Part shown: piece by piece, positions 1-12,268 of the stretch | Layout: each line of letters starts with the position of its first letter | Numbering within the stretch: position 1 is the first letter of the stretch | NCBI RefSeq assembly: GCF_018350175.1 | Contig: NC_058368.1 | Location: forward strand, 75,518,001-75,582,000 | DNA from: Felis catus | Taxonomy: Eukaryota | Direction: 5' to 3' | DNA: 64,000 nt | Translations under genes and position numbers: made by a program | Notes under the pieces: model-generated | The model's input: only the letters and a program-made list of their open reading frames with translations | Databases searched by the model: none | What the model was told of the DNA's origin: nothing

Positions 1-3000
1 AAGGAAACAAAGCAAACCACACAAGAGGAAAGAAATGCTACGTTCCGTTGTTTTAAAAAAAAAAATACCTGTAAAGTGGCTGTTGCTTACAGTGGTGGTT
101 GTGTCTGTGTGTGTTTGCCCACTAGTCCTGTGTCACCAGCGTGTCGCTTGGATGGAACATGATGGCCATTTTGAATTACAAGTGGTCTTTTTTTTTTTTT
201 TTCTTGCCCCGCATGTCTTTTCTTTTCAAAGTCAAGGCTTCCCGTCCAATGGCCAACCGAATATTTGAGGTAGGGAGAAGGAAATCATCGGAGGGCACCT
301 CATCTTGTGTGACAGCCCCCAGGCGCTGTTTCCTGCACACTTGCAGAAAGCCGGTTTTGGTTAGCACCCAATCGTAGCCGCGGGTAATTGGCACGTCGGT
401 CCCCACACCCCTCTGCTAACACAATCCTGCCTCCCACCACCGCGCCCCTACACAGGTTTGAATTGCTGTGACCCCGACGAAAGGGAAAGTGGCGAACAGA
501 TAGGAGCAAACAGGTTTGTGGCAAATAATGCCCGAGCCAGCTGGCCTCGGGTTTGTTCGTTGCCACGGGGTCAGGGACCTTCTATGGTCTTAATAAACAG
601 AATCAACTAGCTTCATATGTAGTTTGGCACTAATCTGTGGCCTATGGCATCATTTCCTGGGGTTTAGTACGATATTAATAAAAAGGCCTATTCCAGATTA
701 AGCACAAATCAATGCTGTACTATAAAACAGTTTTAATTTTTGCTTAAAAAAAGCGATATAGGGATAGTGCTGTTTGTGGCATTGACTTGAATACCTGTGC
801 AACCAGTTTCAGGTGAGATTCGCTTCACGGGTCACTTCCCTACTCGTTTATTCCCTTCAAAGCATTTCTTTTTCTGAAAGTATGAAGTTGAACACTGCAT
901 GCCGCAGTAAATCCAGGTTTTAGCCCTTGGCTTTGAAACACACTGAACTCATTACATTTGTTTGTGCAGGCTCTCTTAATCTGTTGTGACAACAAATTAG
1001 ACTCTGATTTAAATTAAAGCAAATTGCAAAATAATTAGAAGTGTTTTTCTTTCTTTTCCCCTCTTCCTTCTCCGGCCCTAACATCCATCACCTGGAGTTC
1101 AATCAGTTGCTGCGAGGAATGTACTTTTTATTCAGGATTATCTTTGGGAAGTTTTAATAGAAACAAGTTTTTGTTAAGTTTACGTTCAGAGCATAGCAAG
1201 ACAGCTACTAAAATAGAAAGAAAATCACTGTTCCTTTTTACTGAAGGTGTGTTTTCTACGTGTGCCCCCAGTTGTGGTCTTTGCCTACATCGTGAAGTGG
1301 GAGTGGGGTAAGACGCATCCTATGAAATAACTGGGTAGAAGATAGGATGAGATCCACAAAAGCACTCTGGTACCTTGTTCCCCCTGATGCAAAATGTCGA
1401 TTTCCCTCAAGTGTTTCTAACTTCAAACTTCAGACCATGAACTTATTGAAACTGCTGAAGATGTGTTACTACATGTTCTGTATCGTTTAGGCTTGCAAAT
1501 GGAAATAGCAATAGAGGCCATGCTCGAGAGGCAAGTTGTGGAGTCCCATCACCCAAACCCTTCCACCTCCCCCCTCCCTGCATGCCTCCCTTACCCTGCA
1601 CCCCCACCCCACTCCCTCTGCCCACCAGAGCCCGGCAGGGAGGCCGCCATTGGTGGTGCCGTGGAAGAATGCTTCACCAGTGACGAGCCGAATTCTGGAA
1701 GAAGTGCTCATCCCTTTCTCTGAGGCCCATGCTTCAGAAAAGCACAGCCAGACTACACGGAATGTTCTAGATTAGTGGGGAAGTTCCAGCAGCTACCGAA
1801 TTGCCCCGGGGACACAAGCATCGGAGGAGCAAATTCATTCCCAGCAGTCAGGAGATCACGTAACTACAAAATCAGCCACCCACACCACACTAATCATTTA
1901 ACATCAGTATGACAATCATTTCATTATTATAAGCATCCGTCTATAAATTGAGGAAACAATAACCTATAAAGGGTCTTCAAATGGACCACCGTTTTTACTC
2001 CGTAGATGGGTCTAACTCCACAAAATTTATCATTTCCTTCCTAAAAACGTAGTGAGCATGAGGACACGTGCCCAAGAAAAAGACAACTAGAAAGCAGGGT
2101 TCGTGTCCCAAATTAGAAAGCTTACGGACCGCGGCGCAGTAAAGCTTGGAGCTACACGCTGGAAACACGTTTTGCAAACTCCTTTAAAGCAAATTAGTGA
2201 TGATGATAGCAGAACACGAAGGTTCTGGAGCTCGTCTGTGTAATTAACTTGTCTTACTTTAGAAAGTACGCGCACACCATAAGGTAAAACGCGTTCCTGA
2301 AATACAAACACATTAGGAGTTCATTGAATTTTATCCCCGGCTTCCTGAACCGAAAGATAAATGTAATTTTGCCAGTGATAACAGGCCCAGTGGAAAGAAC
2401 GGTTATCACATCTTTATTCCAAGGCCGTCCCTCCTCTGCTATCTTTCAAGAGGTACACATTTAAGTACTCCAGAAGAAGAGGGATATGGATATTTGCATA
2501 AAAATGAAGCCATTTGGAAAAGAAGTGGAGGAATAAATTTCTATTTTAATTTTCACTGCTTCCATTTTTATTTGTACTCTTGTAAGAGGTTTTAGTCCTC
2601 TTTTATAATAATTCATTTCAGGAATTGTGTCACTCAATGGCTGACTATTGGGTACCACACTGTATCCGTTTTATTTCCTGTGACAGCCATTGTGACAAAG
2701 CCCATTTTTACTGAGATGATTCAACATGTTAATATCAACTCCAGCACATGGGAAATTATTTTTTTTTTCTCATGGGGAAATGAACGTGACCACAGAAGCC
2801 TCGGCTTATAATTTGTCTCTTTGTCTCACGTAAATATAAATTGTAATAGAAAACGACATTATTTCCCCATTTCTCCCCTTCCTCTTTTCACACATAGAAC
2901 TTGTAAAGGGGGCTTTAAATCAACATGTCTGTTTTGGGAAATGTTATTGTCTGGCGTTGTTGTCTGGGTTTATGTGGTTTTCTTATACATGATTGGAATT

Positions 3001-3649
3001 ACTGTTCAGTGATACCCTGATAAAAAATTAAAAAAAAAAAAAACAACTTCCTGACATAACACTCATAAAAGCAATAAAGTTCTGAGGATTGAAAATGGAA
3101 AGACTTCATCTCCAGGGTCCACATCAAAATTGGATTAGCATATCTCTAATTAGGAACTTTTACCTACTGTCTCTAACAAGGTAGATCAGATTCAGAGAAG
3201 AGAGCTCCCCTCCCACAGCAGTGGGAAAGGTCCACCAGCAACAGTCCTCACAGAAAAGAAGGCCATCTAGCACTGGTTTGATCTCCAATTCCTTGAAGAC
3301 AATTCCATGGTTAGTTTGCTTGGAACACAGTTCACCCCCTATTCAGATTCCTTCAATATGAGGATGCCTCCAGAGCAAGGAAAGTCTTATTTCATTCCTA
3401 TACTCCATTATTCCCAAGGCTGAGCTGGCTTAGATGTTCTCTTGCTTTGTCTAGACCTCCTTCCATCTGAACTCCATATCTTTTTACGTAGATCCATGAG
3501 CACCATGGATATTTTCTTCCAAGAACCCAGAAATCCAGAGGGGACACGGTCATGTGCTTCCCAGATACTTTATACTATTATCCTTTCTCACTCTATCACT
3601 GAGATTTTCTGAAGTTAATGTCTAAACTCAGGCATTACTACTAAGGAAG

Positions 3650-5950
3650 TTGCCACTGATCTTGGGGTCCACACATGTTCCCAGAATTGAAGGGAACGAC
3701 GTTGACCTCTTGCATGGAATTGCTTATCAAGGCTCTCCTCTGTGGAACCATCAGATGGGGCTGAAGTGTTCCTCAGTCTACCATCCCATTTGCTTGGAGG
3801 GTCTAGGGAGCAAGAATCGTTCAAATTATGCCATGGGAGTGTGCCCTTAGCTGTGTAGCTTGTGAGTGAATGCGGCACCTTGATTGACTGGAATCAGCTG
3901 AATGTCAAACACACAGCAAAGGGGTTTTCCTAACGCCCCGGTAGTGGTTCCTGTATCTACATGGCACACTGGAATGGCAGTCCCATATCTGACATATTGT
4001 CCACAGTGGTGAGACACTATTGTAATCCATGACTAGAGACTAGCTGTCCGAATGGGTCCATTTCACACACCCACATGGGGCCTATGTCTCAGGGTATGTG
4101 GCTTAATCTGCCATGTTGTATGGTGTGGGATTCTGGCATGAGTCCCAAAACTGTGCAGCATCCTTGGTTTCCATTTCTTCTAGGGCGAGTCCTCATGATT
4201 TGGCCCATTCTTGCATCTGAGGTGGTCATCATGCCCCATGGGTGGTAGACCCAATGGGCAAGCATGGCGGTTTGTGCAGCATAGGCTTGATCAGCTCCTG
4301 AGTTCCATTCACATTCTCTTTGGAGTGGTTTCCTTCCCATTCACAAATTGCTGCCAGGGACTTCATACCAATGGAGGGGACCCTTAATGGTCCAATCACT
4401 GATCTTCTGGTCACCAAATATGGCTAGCCTGTTTTCAATAGCTACAGCTCTAGGTGTGTAGCAGAGAGGTGCTGGTGAGTGTTTTACACAGCTGTCACTA
4501 CCACATGGAGTTAGGTCCATTGGATAGGTCATCCTTGTCTCTTCGAACTGAAAATGTGGCCAATCCTGGATAGATATCTGTAGCAGCCCAGTGGGCTCCA
4601 TCATCTTTGGGATTCATGGATACATCCATGAACGAAGCCATATAATCATCTGGAATGTCTTCAAACCCTGGACCCACTTGGCAAAGGGAGGGGTGAGAGC
4701 ACAGGCCATTTAGCCCCCTCCAGAAAAGCAACCACTTGTTCATGGAGTCAGCTGATTCCCTGGGGCCCTGTTCAGGCTCAGTCTTGAATGTACCATTTCC
4801 ATTTAATGATGCAGCTTTGCAGAGCCTGCCTCTCTCTTCTCAGTAGGATTAGTGAGAATTCACGTGAGGACAGACAGCTCAAGTCTTAAGGTCACATATG
4901 GTGCATCAGCAGTCCTGTGCGCTGTTTCCAATAGGGCCCGATACCAGGTGCAGAGCTGCTATTGGAAGTGGGTGTAGCTGGCGGCCACCTCAGGTAATTT
5001 ACATGTCCACAATCAAGAGGTGCACTCACCCTGGTTACAGCCCTTTGCCACAGGCTCCAAACCACTTGCATAGGGGTCACTGAGACCTGTAATTCCAACA
5101 ATACTTGCAGCCTTCATTAACCCCAATGGGAAGGCTGTGCCATCGCACTTTTTAAGGCCTCTAACACCTGCCGTTGTTGAATGGGGTGCAATTCAAAGGT
5201 GATTGGCCCTGGTGACTGTAGGTAAACTGGATTAAAGGGGCCAAATAATACCTACAGGTGGTATATGTTGTCTCCAGTAGTCCAACAGTCTTCCTGGCTA
5301 TGCATCTCTATCTTGTTGGCAGAGGCTGCTGTGGACAGTGAAACCTCTGTTTAACTTTATTAGCAGTAGTCCTCTGAGTACCAGTCCCGGTGGTCTCCAG
5401 CAACTAACTGTACTTGCCGAGCAGGTCCCGGGATCTCTGCAGGGTTGAGGCAGCTAATGTCATAGTTCAGTGACCTCGTACAGTACCTGGTCCCTTTGTT
5501 TCTTAATCAGGCTAACAATGAGAATGTCATTGACATAGTGGATGACGAGTACTTCTGGAGATAAGTGTGCTTGTTGTAGATCGCAGCATATTGCGGGGGG
5601 AGTTAAGTTATCTCTGCAGAAGCTCAGCAGGCCGTTCCATGGGAATGCAAGTTGGTCTTCTTCACCTTTGTTTGGCCAAGAGATCGAGAAAAAGACATTA
5701 ACTGGATCAATAACAGCGCGCCAGTCTCCTGTGTAGGCTGCCACTGCTTTGGTGATGGCGATGATGCCAGGTGCCTCAGTGGCCAATGGCGGTATCTCAT
5801 CATTCAATCAGTGGTTGTCCATGGTCAACGAGCCAGATGCTGGGTGGTTCACTATGATGATGTGACAGCCTTCCGGTCTGCTGCAAGTCCTGAATTAACA
5901 AAGTAGATATTGTCCACCGGCTGGTGGGAAATGCTGCTTTCGTTGAGTCA
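3650..5950 (-). pseudogene. pol: pol remnant: RT, RNase H, integrase (many stops, frameshifts and deletions)
   Basis: VIDPVNVFFSI..DQLAF.W and HYVNDIL (5526-5537, decayed YxDD); RNaseH-like FMDVS..GAHWAA (~4570-4640); AHWVYH and decayed CxxC (~4130-4260); IN core NQGAAFT and PQANGMV (~3770-3890). Confidence 0.9.
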
Positions 5951-5969
5951 TCTACCAGGTTGTGGGCGA

Positions 5970-6330
5970 TTCAGGTGGTGAGTGAGAGTGTTGCACCCCA
6001 GGGTATAGCTCTAAAACTTTGCGGTGAGGGGGCACACACCCCTGAGGCTGTGGTGAAGTTTGTCCCGCAAACAGCTGAACCGTCACTAACTGTAACACCC
6101 TCAGCTGTGAGAACCACCATCACCGATGCCACCAATGGCCTAGAGGGCCCCACCCACAAGCATGTGCAGACTTGTCCACCATGGGTCCTCACATTTGTCC
6201 TAAGATCACACATTGCCACCAGCTTTCCCTGTGGAGGTCTGGGTTTATTTTCACTTGGTCACCAGTATCCAACAGCCCCATCAGAGTCTGAATTCCCAGT
6301 TTTTCCTATAATCATAGGAGTACAGGGCTA
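5970..6330 (-). pseudogene. pro: Retroviral aspartic protease remnant
   Basis: GLLDTGDQV with DTG at 6261-6269, followed by flap-like GGQV and WVGP segment. Confidence 0.8.
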
Positions 6331-6389
6331 CCAGTTCACCACCCGGTTCCCCCCTTCACCACTCTTTCTGCAGGGCAGCCCTGGCCCCT

Positions 6390-7700
6390 TGTCAGGTGTG
6401 ATCAGGGAACTGAGGGCTGCTCGGAAGGACTGGAGACATCTTTCCAGTGCCATCAGTCTTCCTCCTCTTGTTCGTTTGTGACTTTGACTTTACGATGTTG
6501 TCAGAGATCTTCTCTGGGAACCCCATCAACTTCTGCGTTGTGTATTCCATTTCAATGGCCAGGGCTACATTCCTCTGTGCATTGGCTCTGACCCATCCTT
6601 TCTTTGCACTCCATCGTTCTTCAAGTTCTCTTTCCGGTCCTTTGGATGCAGCTCCCCGTTTCCAGGCTTCCATCTATTCATGCCTGCCCGGGTGATGAAG
6701 CCTGAGGCCATCTACCCATTTCCACTACAAAGTGATATCATTCAGTGGAGCCTCTTGACCCCTCCCCCTATGGTAATTCCAGGGCACATGAATAGGGAAA
6801 GTGGGATCTTTCTTTAAGGAGACCCTGCTGGTTACATACCTCCAGGGCTGTCTGTCACATGAATGTATCATCTTTATCCCCAGGGGCTGGGTCATAGAGC
6901 CACCTGTCCATGACTTTACCTGAAGAGAAGTTATGGCCTCATGAATGGTTTTCCAGAGGGTATCACTCATAGGCAAGTCCTCCTCGGTTGGGAATAAAGC
7001 TGTCATGCTTGTTGCAACCTGATCAAGAGTGGGATGAATTTATCTCTGTCTCTGTCCTTTTAGTTGTCTTGTTCAATGTGGGCCAAAAAGTACAGCAGCA
7101 GGGGGTCAATGGCTGTGACCAAGGGAGTGCCCTGTGGCTCCCCCAGACTGTCCACTGGGCCTCCGACCTTTTGATCTAAGGTGCCCCTTCACTGAACAAG
7201 TACACCAGTGAACTCACAGAGGACTCCTCTGGCTTTTGTTCCTATCTGTTCAGTTTTGATACTTCACTCTCAGAGAAGGATATCATTTCAATAATGAGAA
7301 GTTACCTTTTCAATAATGCCATCAGTGCCTTTGCACTAGGTGAAAACATGTCTTTGTTGAGGCTCCCAAGCAACCTGACTGGAAGAAGCTCTTTGCATGG
7401 AGGCCCCTGAATTGCCTGAGTTGTGTCCTCCAGCCTCTAGGACACTGTTGGAGCTTTCAGGCAGCATGAAGATGGCCAAAAGCCAGAGAATAGTTTCCTT
7501 TTCCTTACCCTTTCTAGAAACCCCTCTCACATCTCCACCCTCATCCATGGTACCAGCTCATTCCAGCTGACACAGAGATTATCTCTACCTTACCTATTCT
7601 TGTGTGATCAGAGGGAGGTCAGCACCTCAGTCAGCCTGTCACCCTCTGGGGAGCCAACTCCATCCTGCGGTGGCTGGATTGATGAATCCTTGTGCCTCCA
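6390..7700 (-). pseudogene. gag: Retroviral gag remnant (frameshifted)
   Basis: LFPTEEDLPMSDTLWKTIHEAITSL (ORF 6725-7006) resembles ERVL capsid-region WPT..L....W....E.I..L; lies between PBS and protease. Confidence 0.7.
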
Positions 7701-7726
7701 CCATGTCCCGATGTGCCTTGTTGGCG

Positions 7727-7744
7727 ACCTTGCTCGCTACACCA
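7727..7744 (-). promoter_or_regulatory. Primer-binding site complementary to the tRNA-Ser(UGA) 3' end
   Basis: Minus strand TGGTGTAGCGAGCAAGGT vs expected TGGCGCAGCGAGCAGGGT (15/18, all transitions), immediately downstream of the LTR. Confidence 0.8.
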
Positions 7745-7750
7745 AGCTAC

Positions 7751-8220
7751 TGAGCAAGTGACACGTGTTACTCCCAATGGGGGAGAAGCCCTACCTCATG
7801 GACACTAGCAAGAAGCCTAACAATGCTCCCTACCGGAAGCAGTAATCCCAGGATGACAAAATAATCCATGGGATGCAGGTGCTGGAGTCACCAAGAAAGC
7901 TACAACTCACGCAGGCACTGGATGGAAAAATGCTTTCTCACACAAAGACACAGAGCAAGGTCAGCTCCAATAGTGACAAGTCCCCATGGCCAGTGGGATT
8001 TGTCCTGTAGCTGACACACAGGGATAGTCTCTAAGTACCTCCTTACGCTATAGGTAAAGGACCCTACTTCTTCCCTGCAGGGAACGTGTACGACAGTGGG
8101 GGTGGCCAATGGCAGCTGTGAGTGCTCTTTGTCTCCCATTAAGGAAACCATCTGGGTCCAAGTCCATTTTTCTGACGCCACGCAAGGGATGAGAAGCGTC
8201 ACACCCCATATTTCCCCACA
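7751..8220 (-). mobile_element. 5' LTR of the provirus (resembles the MER54/MER73/MER74 ERVL LTR group)
   Basis: Minus strand begins TGTGGGGAAATATGGGG at 8220, ~470 bp long, ends a few nt before the PBS; family name from recall. Confidence 0.75.
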
Positions 8221-8517
8221 GTGTGGATATGCCACATTTTGGATGCCCATTCCTCAGTTGTTGGCCACTTGGGTTGTTTTTGTGTATCTGTCAAAAATGA
8301 TGCTGTTATGAACATTAATGTGGAAGTTTTGTGGGAAAATGAATGTTTCACACTCTTGGTGCAGACCGGGAGCAGAATTGCTGGGGCTTGTAGTCACTGT
8401 ATGTTTAAACTTCTGAGACACTGCTCAACTTAGCTCTTATGTTTAGATCTTTCAACCATTTTGAGTTAATTTTTGTGGAGAGTCTGAAACAGCACAATTT
8501 CATGGAAAAAGCTGTTC

Positions 8518-8577
8518 TTTTTTTTTAAGTTTATTTATTTTGAGAGAGAGAGAAAGTGCGAGTGGGGGAGGGGCAGA

Positions 8578-8630
<53 letters not shown>

Positions 8631-8754
8631 AGAATATCAAGCAGGCTCCACACTGTCAGTGTGGAGCCCGACGCAGGGCTCAAATTCATGAACTGTGAGA
8701 TCACGACCTGAGCCAAAGTCAAACACTTAACCAACTGAGCCACCCAGGCGTCCC
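8518..8754 (-). mobile_element. Carnivore tRNA-derived SINE (CanSINE)
   Basis: A/B box head, (CT)n tract, A tail; decayed TSD atggaaaaagctgttctt / atgaaaaaactattctt. Confidence 0.95.
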
Positions 8755-9727
8755 AATGAAAAAACTATTCTTATCTTATTGAGTAGTCTTGGAGTCAATG
8801 TTGAAAGCAGGTGACCATAATGTGAGTTAATTTGCATAGTCTGAATCTGAATCCATTGATCTGTATGCCTATGTTTACGCCACTAAACACATCATTTGAT
8901 TACTATTGCTTTCCAGGTAGTTTTGAAATCTGAAAGGGTGATATCCTTCTTTTTCAACGTTTCTTTTGATGATTCATTGTCTTTTGCCTTTCCGTATGGG
9001 GTTTTAGGATTAGTTTGTGAATTTCTGCAGAAAGGGCAGTTGGGATTTTGATAGGGATTGTAATGAATTTGTAGAACAATTTATGGATTGGTGTCATCAG
9101 TACAGTATGAGGTCTTCCGATCTAGGAGTAGAGCGTGGTTTTCCACTTACTTATATTTTCAATTTCTTTCAACAAAGTTTTGCACTTTTCAATGTATGTC
9201 TTGCATTTATTCTTGATTATTTGATTGTTTTGGATGTTAATATTATAACTTCAGAGCTTTCTATGCTTGAAATCACCTCACCTGCAAATAGAGATACTTT
9301 GAATTCTTTCTTTCTGATCTGGATGCTTTTTATTTCTTTCTCTTCCCTGATCGACCAGGCTGAGATTTTCAGTCCAACATTGCATAGTGGTGGTGAGAAA
9401 AGACATCCTTGTCCTGTTGCTACTGTTAGCAGGAAAGCTTTGTTTTTACAGCATTAAGTATTACGTTAAGTTAGTTGAGTAAAGCTCAGTTTTCATACAT
9501 GCCTTTGATCAAGCTGACGGGGTTCCTTTCTATTCCTGGTTCTAGCCTTAGTTTCTATTCCTGGAGTCCTTTTATCCAGTCAAATGATTTTTCTGCCTCA
9601 ATTGAGATGACCAAGTATTTTGTTTTCTCCATTCTGTTATATGGCGTATTGTGTTAATCAATGTTTATATGTCAAGCCAAGATTCATTTCTGGGATAAAT
9701 TTTACTTGGTCATGATGCATAATCTTC

Positions 9728-9939
9728 TTTTTGAAGTTTATTTTTATTTATTTTTAGAGAGATAGAAAGCAAGCAGTGGAGGGACAGAGAGAGAGGGAGA
9801 CAGAATCCCAAGCGGGCTTTGTGCTGACAGATGACAGCACAGAGCCCGACGTGGGACTCGAACTCAAGAACCGTGAGATCATGACCTGAGCCGAAATCAA
9901 GAGTTGGACGCTTAACCAGCTGAGCCACCCAGGCACCCC
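9728..9939 (-). mobile_element. CanSINE
   Basis: Full SINE structure ending cacccaggcacccc on + strand. Confidence 0.95.
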
Positions 9940-9971
9940 AATAATCCTTTTTAATATATGCAATCGTTTCT

Positions 9972-10188
9972 TTAAAATTTTTTTAATGTTTACTTATTTT
10001 TGAAGGAGAGAGAGACAGAGCATGGGGCAGGGAAGGGACAGAGAGAGAGGGAGACACAGAATCCAAAACGGGCTCCAGGCTCTGAGCCGTCAGCACAGAG
10101 CCCACCACGGATCTCGAACTCATGAACCATGAGATCATGACGCGAGCCAAAGTCCAATGCTTAATTGACTGAGCCACCGAGATGCCCC
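9972..10188 (-). mobile_element. CanSINE
   Basis: Full structure; TSD-like tatatgca on both sides. Confidence 0.95.
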
Positions 10189-10429
10189 TATATGCAGTCC
10201 TTTTAAAATATCCCTTCCTCCCGGATTTGGTTTACTAGCACTTTGGTGCAGACTTTTGTGTGTATATGAACAACAAGCATTGGTCTGTGGATTCCTTTTC
10301 TCGTGAAGTCACAGTAATACTGGACGCATGGAACGACTTGGGAAATGTCAAAAAACCTCACAGTCTTTGCAAAGGGACTCCGTGTGAAGGTCGGGGCACA
10401 CCTTTGACGCTCACCCAGGGAGCTAACCA

Positions 10430-11170
10430 CTCTGTCTTAGCCTTCATTACTTCCTGGTACAGAACTTCAGTGTCGATCAGAGGTTAGCGTTCAAGGCCTT
10501 CTCAGGTCCTTCTTGAGCATGTGTACACGTGTGTGACCTTCTGGGGTCAAGAGACGTACGGGAGCTTTTCAAAGCCCTGTTCTCCTAAGCTCTCATTCCC
10601 CAACCTTCCTTCACAAGCTTCTTGTTCCGTCTTTGGATTGTTCCAGGTCTGATCCCGTTGCTTCAGGCAGCAGTGGCTAAAACAGTTTCCTGGATGTGTT
10701 TTGGACAGATGCTCACAGGTAACAGCTTCAGCCCCTGGTAAGTTCTGAGGTAGGTGAAGTGAAGACAAAGAAACCTTCCAAGCCAAACGTCTAGATCCAG
10801 CCACCAGCAGGCAACACACAAAGAATACACGGGAATAAAATAAATGACTATAAGTACGTAGAATTCTTTGCAACTGAGGTCAGTTCTGCTCCTTCCTGTA
10901 CCTGTAAAGGAATCTGGACTGTCATTTTCAAGGCTCCTACTGAGCTGGGAACGGGGACTTGGGAGTAGGGTAAGGTAAAAATGACACAGAGCTCTCCGTT
11001 CTTGCCAAGACGCGGAGACTTTTCTTGCGTGAGTTCTCCCTGGTTGTTGCAAGCTTTTGGATAATTTCCAGCGTTCTGAGAAAGTTTATTCTCACGTCTC
11101 CCCCCGCGCCCGGTCCTTTCATTGCTTTTATGGAGAGACAGAGCTTTGGAGTTTCTTAATCCATTACCTT
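10430..11170 (-). mobile_element. Old L1 5'-region fragment (L1M4/L1MC/L1MD-like)
   Basis: ttccagcgttctgagaaagttt...ttcattgcttttatggag resembles ancient L1 5' ends. Confidence 0.6.
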
Positions 11171-12114
11171 GGGTACCTCATAGGAATTTAATCATCCACA
11201 CTCATACCAACATTACTGCGCATCTCAGATGGAAACAAATAAAGCCGACCAACGTAAGTTACGCAAGCTTGGAAAGATGCAGTCCGTAGGCACAATATAC
11301 ATGAAGTGTCCAGTCATCAATTTCTTTCAGTCGTTTTGCTCACATTGTGGATGAAGGTTACTTGATGTATTTAGTATTTTGATTTTGATTTTTCTTAAGT
11401 CAGCCTCTAGGCAGTGGCGTTCAAATTGTAACACAACAAACTCAAGTAAATATTAGGGCCACGAAAGGGAAAGAAACTGTCTTTATTTCCTTTTACAATA
11501 ATTCAGGGACAATCAAGGCATGTCTTTATGGGATTTTAGGATTCATGCATCAAAGTGACAGAGTGGAAAGGTAGGAAATGATGTTGTGGTCCCCAGAGCC
11601 TGCCTCCAGGTCAGGACCAGATGGCTCCTGTTCTCTCCTTTGTAAGTAGTGAGAGCACTTCTGACCGAAGCTGTGCTGTGGAGGAAAATGTTCACGGAAT
11701 GGATGTGTGAAATGAAAACCTAATGAAAGCTTCCCTCAGCAAGTTTAGACAGGCTCCGTCTCTAACTTATGAGCGAAAACAAAACAAACAAAACAAAATA
11801 CACAGGGTATATTCTCCGAATTGTCTAGAAATAGCTTATATGCAAGCACATTTTCCATTGTTAAAAGCACAACTAAGTGACATACACACAATTAAACCCA
11901 TAATATGAGCTGTCTTAAGATGACTTTACTGTCAAATAAAGCAAAGAATACTCACTACAAACTCTCCAAAAATGAATATATTAAATTGTATTATGATATT
12001 TTTGAAGAAACAGGATAAAATCTTATAATAATCCGTTGTCATTTTGTGCCACTGAATATTTACCGAACAACTAGCACGTGGTAGACATTTTTCAAGATCT
12101 GGAGATAAAGGCGG

Positions 12115-12268
12115 TCTAATAAAATACAGGATGTCCCTTTAAACTTGGATTACAGGTAACAAACGTATTGCTAATGTACGTTCCTAATATTGGAACACAC
12201 AAAACACTGCCCTTTATCTGAACTTCAACTTTAAGTGGACAGTGTGTATATTTATTTTTTAAATCTGC
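12115..12268. mobile_element. MER53-like palindromic hAT MITE
   Basis: aataaaatacaggatgtccctttaaacttggattacaggtaa and its imperfect inverted copy tttatctgaacttcaactttaagtggacagtgtgtatattta. Confidence 0.75.

Larger units (their letters stand above)
3600..8220 (-). mobile_element. Degraded class III (ERVL/HERV-S-like) endogenous retrovirus: 5' LTR + PBS + gag-pro-pol remnants; 3' boundary uncertain
   Basis: Ordered minus-strand motifs: LTR, PBS, ERVL-type gag peptide, LLDTG protease, RT HYVNDIL, RNaseH, IN zinc-finger and core remnants. Confidence 0.93.
8221..10350 (-). mobile_element. Old L1 (L1M-type) ORF2/3' fragments interrupted by three SINEs
   Basis: Typical antisense L1 text (gtggatatgccacatttt...gggttgtttt; gggattttgatagggattg; catccttgtcctgttgct). 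Confidence 0.85.

Noticed and set aside
3300..4340. Possible env gene
   Set aside because: The recognisable motifs here are integrase/RNaseH; no furin site, immunosuppressive domain or CX6CC motif seen
5924..6481. 185-aa + strand ORF
   Set aside because: Antisense to the ERV protease/gag region, non-ATG start, no recognisable protein
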